Part shown: piece by piece, positions 57,064 through 64,000 of the stretch | How the letters are laid out: the number at the start of each line of letters is the position of its first letter | Position numbering within the stretch: position 1 is the first letter of the stretch | Source: Corallochytrium limacisporum Hawaii | Taxonomy: Eukaryota; Protista; Pluriformea | Direction of reading: 5' to 3' | DNA: 64,000 nt | Assembly (NCBI GenBank): GCA_002811645.1 | Contig: PDIP01000130.1 | Coordinates: 41,775-105,774 of the forward strand | Notes under the pieces: model-generated | Told to the model about the DNA's origin: nothing | The model's database searches: none | Seen by the model: only the letters and a program-made list of their open reading frames with translations | Program-made: the position numbers and the translations under genes

Positions 57064-57936
57064 ATGAAAGACTGTGACGAAAAAGGTATCAATGGGGAAC
57101 TGGCCTGGGAGCTTTTCCTCGGTCTTTTCCCTAAGGAGTTACGACGTGAGAAAGTATGCGCAACTCGAGCACACGCACACAAAATGGGACACTCGCAGAA
57201 CTCCAGAAGGGTGCATGTCGTGTCAATGGGGCGCTCTAGGCATGGCACCTCCACCAGAAAGAAAGGGATCGGTTCCAAGGTCAACATTAAACGCCAAAAA
57301 TGGAACAAGAACTGCAAGACTGGGAAACGATGGGGGCAGCGGACCACCATTCCGCCTGGTGAACCGCATCGTCGGCCAGTGTGGGACAGACTGCAGATCA
57401 ACACTCCAAAACCAGTGTGGCAACGCGTCCAATTCAAGGCAAGAAAGCCTCCAGTGTGGGACCGCTTGGTGCGCTTTGGTGGCACAGGTAGGGATGGCGG
57501 CGGTGCCAGTGCGGCCGGGCCGGCGAGCAGCAGCCATTCGCAGCAACAGAGACACCTACTGGAGGTATGCGAGTCGTATGCTTGCGTTCGAGACCGGTAC
57601 TTGTGTGGAAACTGCGGAGCGACAGATTTGGAATCCTACGAGGCTCTCGCCACTCACAACTGCCCCTTGCTGGTGAAGCAGGAGGAAGACCTTTTTACCT
57701 TACCCGCACCACTGATGCAGCAACGGATCCGGGAAAGCACGCAATTCCTCAAGCTGGAGTACACTCTGCGACCCACAAGAAAGACACGGGCGGCCCGGTG
57801 CCAGCTTCAGGCGGCCCTGGCCAAGATTGCTCAAAGGCATCAGCAGAGATGGCACGGGCATGCACTTGCCAAGTCCCATCTCGCAGGATCGTGCAAGCTC
57901 TGCGTTTGGTACAGGACTCGGGTGCCCGTAGCCTGA
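57064..57936 (+). CDS. Orphan basic protein with three PVW(D/Q)R(L/V) repeats and Cys/His clusters
   Basis: 290-codon ATG ORF. The peptide repeat is conserved across synonymous codon changes. Contains CGNC...HNC and H...CKLC. The true start may be a later ATG (57184 or 57226). Confidence 0.6.
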   Translation: MKDCDEKGINGELAWELFLGLFPKELRREKVCATRAHAHKMGHSQNSRRVHVVSMGRSRHGTSTRKKGIGSKVNIKRQKWNKNCKTGKRWGQRTTIPPGEPHRRPVWDRLQINTPKPVWQRVQFKARKPPVWDRLVRFGGTGRDGGGASAAGPASSSHSQQQRHLLEVCESYACVRDRYLCGNCGATDLESYEALATHNCPLLVKQEEDLFTLPAPLMQQRIRESTQFLKLEYTLRPTRKTRAARCQLQAALAKIAQRHQQRWHGHALAKSHLAGSCKLCVWYRTRVPVA

Positions 57937-58528
57937 AGCACCGAGCCAAGAGATCCGCCAAAATGGTGGGGGAAGGGGGGGGGTTTGGGGGTTGGGGAGA
58001 GATGGCCAGCTCGGGTCTCCCTCTTACCACCCCCCCCCCCTTCTCTCCCTCCCACGGCGCCTCTTTCTTCCCCAGTGGCTTCGTCCTCCGAAGCACCGAC
58101 TGAAAAGGGGTGACGACGCCACCGGCTACGGGATTGCGGGACACTCTCATATTTTTTAACCTATATTTTTTAAAAAAAGCCAGGGGCTCTTGCTCGGCTC
58201 GTGCTCGGCCCCTGGCCGTTCTCCATTGAGATTTTCGAGAGCAAATATTCTTCGCCCTCCGTACGCGCGCGCGTCCGAACGTGCAGAATTGGGGCCCACG
58301 TTTGGAGGAAGAAAAACACCTACAAAGGAAAAGAAGAAAACAACGAATAGTAACAGCGTAAATCAGTAACAACACCCTGCAATCCTGTAGTAAATGGTCC
58401 TTACTGCATTCGTCGGACAATCACCTGGAGACTGCGCAGCGTGGTAACTGAGAACAGGAAGTAAACCCCCAGAATGGTGTGGTGACCCATAGATTACCAG
58501 GGTGGTCTCGGAATAGAAACTCGCAAAC

Positions 58529-60934
58529 ATGGCAGCCAAAGAAGCGCTCGGAGGTGGTGTAGAAGACAGATATGTGAGTGGGGATGCAACTGTGGTGGAC
58601 ATGACCCAGCACGGGCTCGAAGAGTTTCCGGACCTCGTCAATGGACCATGTGTCAGGCAATTGTTCCTGGACCACAACAACATTACTCGATTTAGCCGCC
58701 TGCATCTGCTCAAGAACCTCGTGGAACTTCATCTGCCAAGTAACCGATTAATCTCCCTGGAGGGCCTGCTGGCACTGCCCAAGCTACAGGTGCTCAATCT
58801 GCAAGGAAATTCCCTGCTCAGCACCGAGGGCATTGACCAGCTAAGCAACCTTCGGCATCTTAACCTGTCCCACAACGGCCTCCAGCAGGTCGTTGACTTG
58901 AGCAAGTTGGTGAAACTGAGCGTGCTCCAGCTGAGCCACAATTATTTACACGATTTGCCCCAATGCTCTTCGATGGTGCGTCTGGAACGTCTGCACTTGG
59001 GACACAACTCCCTCACCAGTCTGGAGGATACGTCCCGCGCACTGCCGCCGTCCTTGCAGTGGCTCAGCATCGAGACCAATCCCCTCGCGGACATTACGCA
59101 ATTGTACTTTTTGAGTTATTTGCCTGATCTCCAGGTCGTCAACATTGAGGGCACACCAATGATTGCGGACTGTTTGGACCTCGCGCTCGACTACAGACCG
59201 TTTGTGGCATACTGGTGCCCGAAACTGGAGTACCTGGACGGCCTGCCGTCGGAGACGAGTGTGGAGGAGGGCCAAATCATCAGCCACTGGCCCATCAAAA
59301 TCGGCGACCACGACAAGACCCTGAACCTCATGAAACAACATTTCACAACCATCAACACCGCTTCAGGGGTGTCCGACGATGGGCAGGAGCACCCAATCGA
59401 GGCGCACCAGCGCCTGAACCGTGTACGTAAAGACATGCAGCGTGACATGGCTGATTGGAACAGTCGCCTCGGCGAGCTCCTGTCCTGGGAGACCACGCCA
59501 CAGCCGCACCTCCGTAGTGTTGCCTCCGAGATCAGCAGGGTTCCGGACCACGAAAGCGAACAGCAGAACCATCCAATGTCTGCTCAGCCTGCCGTGCCTG
59601 GCGCACCAATGGTGCCGTCCGTAAGCCACAACAACTCGACGTTTATCACAGAAATGCTCGACATCAATGCAAGTGAGGACAACCATCAGTTCGCATCGGA
59701 CGTGCAGGTGCACAACGGAAGTTCGGCAAGCACTGGTCTGCCCGCCGAAAGCGAATTTGTGCTGTACGGTGACCACCTCTTCCGCAGCCTCTCCCCCGTG
59801 CGAGGCGCCAGTGGTCCCGCTGCCTCGGATCCGCACTATTTGTACACAGCCAGCAATCCCGAAGGCGCCGGAGACACCGCAACTGGCGGGCGCCAAGCAC
59901 GGCCCCAGACGGCGCCCCTGGACGTGAGTAGTGGCCACCACACGGTCCTGCCTGCACTGCCACAAGTGCCTCAACGGTCTGCAAGTCCCCCCAGCGGCGT
60001 TGTTGTTGCTGTTGCTGACGCGAATGACGCCGTGGTCGAGCACTGGCGGCTACAGTGCAACCAACTGAGCAATGAGAACACGGAACTCCTAGAAACGAAC
60101 CGATCACTGCGGGAGGAAGTAGCCCGTCTGCAGGCGACCCTGCTCGCTGGGGATGTGGAAAGCGATGGCCCAGTCGGCGACCAACGGCTGCAGCACGAGA
60201 ACGCGACCCTGCGAGCTGACTCTGAGCGCATGGAACGTGCCCTGGAGAGTGTCGGGCGGAGATTAGTCGAGCTCAATTCGGTCAAGGAAAAGACCACCGC
60301 TGAGCTGGTTCGCGTGCGTGAGCGCTGTGCGGAGCTGGTGCGCAGTGAAATGCGCCTTAACGATCGTGTCACGGATCTCCAGCGTCGACTGGACCAAGAG
60401 ATTCACCGCAATGCGCAGCTGACGTCGCCGAAAGTCAAGGATGGAAGTGCTGCAGCTGGTGCCGCAGCCGTCAGCGGCAGTCCAATGGCCGCCATGAACA
60501 TTAGCGCCAGTGGTCAGTCACCGGCCATTGACCGACCCAAGGGCATCACCAGTGCCATGACCACCGGTGCCAAAGAAGAGCCACTGGAACAACTTGCCGA
60601 ATCTGGTGACCAGACGGCATTGATGCATCTGATCCTACAGATGAACCACAAACTCAAGACCATGGAAACCATCAGCAGCAGCACCGCGCAGGTCGCGTCC
60701 TCCGATGATGGTGGGTCATCCGTGGAGGTGGCCTCCTCGCCACCCCGGATCGGCGTTGCGCTACCGGGTCAAGTATCAACCCCAGATCTTCAGCGTGTAG
60801 AGGAGGCGCGGGAACAGTCTCCTGTGCGCCTGCCGCGGACGCAGTCAACCTCGCCGACACGGCCTTCCCGCACATCGTCCTCCTCCCCTCCGCCATCCAT
60901 CGATCCCTCGCTTCCAAAGGAATGCCAGGCTTGA
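58529..60934 (+). CDS. CEP97: LRR plus coiled-coil centriolar protein, CEP97-like
   Basis: SDS22-type LRRs followed by LP.SL..LS...N...D....FL..L and DYRPFVAYWCPKLEYLDG, which resembles the CEP97 LRR cap DYRPYIVSWC.NL..LDG; long coiled coil. Confidence 0.78.
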   Translation: MAAKEALGGGVEDRYVSGDATVVDMTQHGLEEFPDLVNGPCVRQLFLDHNNITRFSRLHLLKNLVELHLPSNRLISLEGLLALPKLQVLNLQGNSLLSTEGIDQLSNLRHLNLSHNGLQQVVDLSKLVKLSVLQLSHNYLHDLPQCSSMVRLERLHLGHNSLTSLEDTSRALPPSLQWLSIETNPLADITQLYFLSYLPDLQVVNIEGTPMIADCLDLALDYRPFVAYWCPKLEYLDGLPSETSVEEGQIISHWPIKIGDHDKTLNLMKQHFTTINTASGVSDDGQEHPIEAHQRLNRVRKDMQRDMADWNSRLGELLSWETTPQPHLRSVASEISRVPDHESEQQNHPMSAQPAVPGAPMVPSVSHNNSTFITEMLDINASEDNHQFASDVQVHNGSSASTGLPAESEFVLYGDHLFRSLSPVRGASGPAASDPHYLYTASNPEGAGDTATGGRQARPQTAPLDVSSGHHTVLPALPQVPQRSASPPSGVVVAVADANDAVVEHWRLQCNQLSNENTELLETNRSLREEVARLQATLLAGDVESDGPVGDQRLQHENATLRADSERMERALESVGRRLVELNSVKEKTTAELVRVRERCAELVRSEMRLNDRVTDLQRRLDQEIHRNAQLTSPKVKDGSAAAGAAAVSGSPMAAMNISASGQSPAIDRPKGITSAMTTGAKEEPLEQLAESGDQTALMHLILQMNHKLKTMETISSSTAQVASSDDGGSSVEVASSPPRIGVALPGQVSTPDLQRVEEAREQSPVRLPRTQSTSPTRPSRTSSSSPPPSIDPSLPKECQA

Positions 60935-61740
60935 TATGCCATTCTCGCAAATCACAATAAAGAAATTATACAGTCACTTGCACACACACACACACACAAA
61001 TGTGAGGACACGGTAGTAGTTTTGCCTGCGTAACAGCACAATTCAAGAGAACCCGTTTGCAACTTCGTTCCCCCCTCCTTCCCCATCGACACCTCTATTT
61101 GTACTGCCACGTGCTGCCCTCTCCGTAATCCACGTCACACTTGCCGCCGGCCTTTACGCCGAGAGCGACGGCGGGAATGAGAGGTTTCAAACCGTGAACG
61201 AAGGTGAGTGGGGTTCGAAGGGTTATGAGGGTGCACAAAGGAAGGGTAGAGTGCCGTGAGTTGGGAAATTTAACCCCTTTTTTTCTTCTCTTCGCGCATG
61301 AACATTAATGCACAGCCCGGCCGCTAGCATCAGCACGTCACGCTCCGACTCTCCTTCTATCCGCTTCCGAGTGGTGTCTCTCTCCAACCTGCGAGCTGTC
61401 CCAGTGTGGTTGGTGGTACTAGTCTTGGATTGGCCATGCACGGCAAGGGGTTACGTTTCGCAACGCGAACCACCGTCCGCTCAGCTGACCGAAAGGGACA
61501 AAGAGATCGAGACCACCGGCACGGCACACCACCCAACCCCAAACCCCGCCACCACTTTTCCCTCTGCGCCCCTTGCAACCTGGGAGAGTGGTGGAGGGGG
61601 GGGGCCGGAATATCGGCCGTGGTTGGCGTTTCGTGCCAGGGGCGTGGGGGGGGGGCCTTCACTGGGAGCGCAGGGGTCTCTCGTTAATTTTTTTTTTTTC
61701 TCTTTCGGCTCTCTCTCCCCCCTTTCGGCTTCTGGAACGA

Positions 61741-61790
61741 CTCTCTCTCTCTCCCTGTCTCTTTCTCTCTCTCGCTCTCTCTCTCTCTCT
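61741..61790. repeat. Imperfect (CT)n microsatellite
   Basis: Read directly; a similar (GA)n tract lies at about 25965-26005. Confidence 0.85.
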
Positions 61791-62310
61791 CACCTTTTCC
61801 CTGGGCTGCTTTGGGGGTGGAGTGGTTTTAGTAGAGAAGGACTACGAGCGAGACGACTCTTTGGCCCCCCCTCCCCGCCTTTGCTGCTGCCTGCTGTTGC
61901 TCCCCAAATAACAACAAAAAAGAAAGTTAAAGGGCCATTGGGACACGTAGGCAAACCGGGAAAGAGGGAAGGTGAGTGACGGCGAGAAGGCCCCCCCCGG
62001 GGGGGGGGACTCTCCGGCGGTAGGGGGCCTCCCATCCGTTCCAACAGACAGCGCACATCATCCTTTTGGGCAGCAGAGAGTGCACGACGGTGGCACACAA
62101 GGGCAACCAGAGTCTCCGGTGTTTACAGCGCATACATAACGAAAGTACGGAAATGTTAATGACGGCTATTTCAAACAGAAGATCACCCTGAGATCTGTTG
62201 CTACAACATGCACACAAGAGTCGTTCACCGGAGATACACGTCATGAGAAAAAACATGACCTTAAAGAATTAGTGAACTGTAGATTCAAGATTTTTACATC
62301 CTAGCCAACC

Positions 62311-64000
62311 ATGGGTATAGCCAATAGTCCCGTGACGGTACAGTCCAAGAGTGTGACGAAGCTCACACTCTACCGCATGCGACAGCCCTATGAACGCCTG
62401 GACTTTGTGCTCTTTGCCGTGGCGTACGGCGTGGCGTTTAAGATGTGCTACGATACATTCGGTGATCCGTACCGTGAAGCCATGGCAGAGCTTGCACGGC
62501 GTGAGGAGGCTGGTGAATTCGGCGCTGATGTGACTGAAGCTGAATACGAGGAACTGCTGGCCGAGATCCCGGACTGGTTCATGCCGGGATTCTGGGCCAA
62601 TTTTGTCCTCTGTGTGACCATAATTGTTCACGCCATTAGCCAGCTAGCGAAGGAATGGGACATGGGCTACAAGGCCTGGCTGCTTGGTTTGCCTACACAG
62701 TCCCTGGACACTGCCACGCACATTCTGGCTACTCCACGGGAGCACCGGGGCAAGGCTGATTTGGTCCCGCTTGATCGGGTCAAGAGCCTAAACGCCAAAA
62801 GCGGCCAAGTTTGCCGCTTTGAGTTCCAAAAACGGATTTACGTGGCGGACGTGAAGAGCGGGGAGCATGCCTTCCACAAAATTAGTGCACCCATGCAGGA
62901 GACCATTGCACACTATGCTGGCAATGCCAAAGGCATTCCGTCCGATGTGGAAATGCGTAAGCTGATGGAGCTGTACGGACACAATCGCTTCGAGATTCCC
63001 ATTCCGACATTCTGGGACATGTACCAGCAGCAAATCCGGTCACCATTCTTCTGCTTCCAGATTCTGTGCATTCTGCTTTGGGCCATGGAAGAGTACTGGC
63101 AGTACTCGCTTTTCTCCCTGTGTCTGCTGTGTGGTTTCGAGGCCACAACGGTCAAGACGCGACAACTAAATCTGCAAAAATTGCGTGGCATGGGCAACCC
63201 GGCCCGTCCAGTGCTAGTGCGCCGTCAGGGCCGCTGGCGTAAGGTAAGCAACGAAGATCTCGTACCGGGTGACATTCTGGCGCTTGAGGGGGGCCGCCCG
63301 GGCGACGAAGCCACTGTTCCGTGCGATTGTCTGTTGCTGCGCGGTGTTGCTGTTGTGAACGAAGCGACCCTTACTGGTGAGAGTGTGCCACAGATGAAGG
63401 AGGCGGCAAAGAAGGAAGATCAGACCACTTTGGACGTTAAGAACAAGCACAAGTTGCACATTCTGTTCGGTGGCACCACGTTGATGGAGGCCAAGGCGAA
63501 GAGTCACAACCTGGAGGACGGGGACAACGAGGCAGCAAAGCAGCAGGATGTATTCGATGGGCTGAATGTGGATGCTATGATGGGCCGCCAGATTAACCGT
63601 GCCGAGGTGTGCATCGTGTATGTCCTGCGCACGGGCTTCAGCTCCAGCCAAGGCAAACTGGTGCGTCGCATTGAGTATTCGACTGACCGCAAGATTAGCG
63701 ACAATCAGCAGAGTCTGTACCTGATTCTGTTTTTGCTGATCTTTGCCGTATTCTCTGCCGGTTACGTTCTGTTCAAGGGTCTAGAGGACGAGACACGCAC
63801 GCGCTTTGAGCTGCTGAGGCACTGTATCCTGATTATCACCAACGTAGTGCCCCCGGATTTGCCCATGCAGCTCACTTTAGCGGTGAATTTAAGTCTTGCA
63901 GCTTTGATGAAGATTATGGTTTACTGCATTGAACCGTTCCGGATCCCCATTGCCGGCCGCGTTAAGGTTCTCTGCTTTGACAAGACCGGTACAATTACCA
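62311..64000 (+). CDS. P5A-type ATPase (Spf1/ATP13A1-like), truncated by the window end
   Basis: Not in the ORF track because there is no stop before the window end. Frame from accATGg 62311 includes YGHNRFEIPIP, SPFFCFQ, DLVPGDI, VPCD, LTGESVPQMKE, TGFSSSQGKL, VVPPDLPMQL and CFDKTGT at the end. Confidence 0.93.
   Translation, partial: MGIANSPVTVQSKSVTKLTLYRMRQPYERLDFVLFAVAYGVAFKMCYDTFGDPYREAMAELARREEAGEFGADVTEAEYEELLAEIPDWFMPGFWANFVLCVTIIVHAISQLAKEWDMGYKAWLLGLPTQSLDTATHILATPREHRGKADLVPLDRVKSLNAKSGQVCRFEFQKRIYVADVKSGEHAFHKISAPMQETIAHYAGNAKGIPSDVEMRKLMELYGHNRFEIPIPTFWDMYQQQIRSPFFCFQILCILLWAMEEYWQYSLFSLCLLCGFEATTVKTRQLNLQKLRGMGNPARPVLVRRQGRWRKVSNEDLVPGDILALEGGRPGDEATVPCDCLLLRGVAVVNEATLTGESVPQMKEAAKKEDQTTLDVKNKHKLHILFGGTTLMEAKAKSHNLEDGDNEAAKQQDVFDGLNVDAMMGRQINRAEVCIVYVLRTGFSSSQGKLVRRIEYSTDRKISDNQQSLYLILFLLIFAVFSAGYVLFKGLEDETRTRFELLRHCILIITNVVPPDLPMQLTLAVNLSLAALMKIMVYCIEPFRIPIAGRVKVLCFDKTGTIT

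Overview
Eukaryotic nuclear DNA from a draft assembly with eight N gaps, most bordered by G/C homopolymers. About 21 protein-coding genes can be supported, and none shows a coding intron. They include UBA1, a Dsk2/ubiquilin-like protein, YIPF6, an RHL1-like protein, Cox23, ZPR1, a beta-lactamase-family hydrolase, a CYP4-clan P450, a lipoate ligase, a PAS hybrid histidine kinase, a START protein, a CTD small phosphatase, prefoldin 3, eS26, CEP97 and the 5' part of a P5A-ATPase, plus four orphans and one tRNA-Ser(GCT). Animal-like UBA1, CEP97 and CYP4 together with a histidine kinase and no introns suggest an intron-poor unicellular holozoan (Corallochytrium-like); this is inference. The most notable observations are: (1) an eS26 that has lost three of its four zinc-binding cysteines; (2) an AUG-less, in-frame, NLS-bearing N-terminal extension of UBA1 beginning at an AUU in strong start context; (3) a homologue of the plant topoisomerase VI accessory subunit RHL1; (4) a tRNA with an encoded CCA whose 3' half is duplicated from the T-arm onward; and (5) two long gene-free tracts. 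All homology calls come from motif recognition, not database searches.
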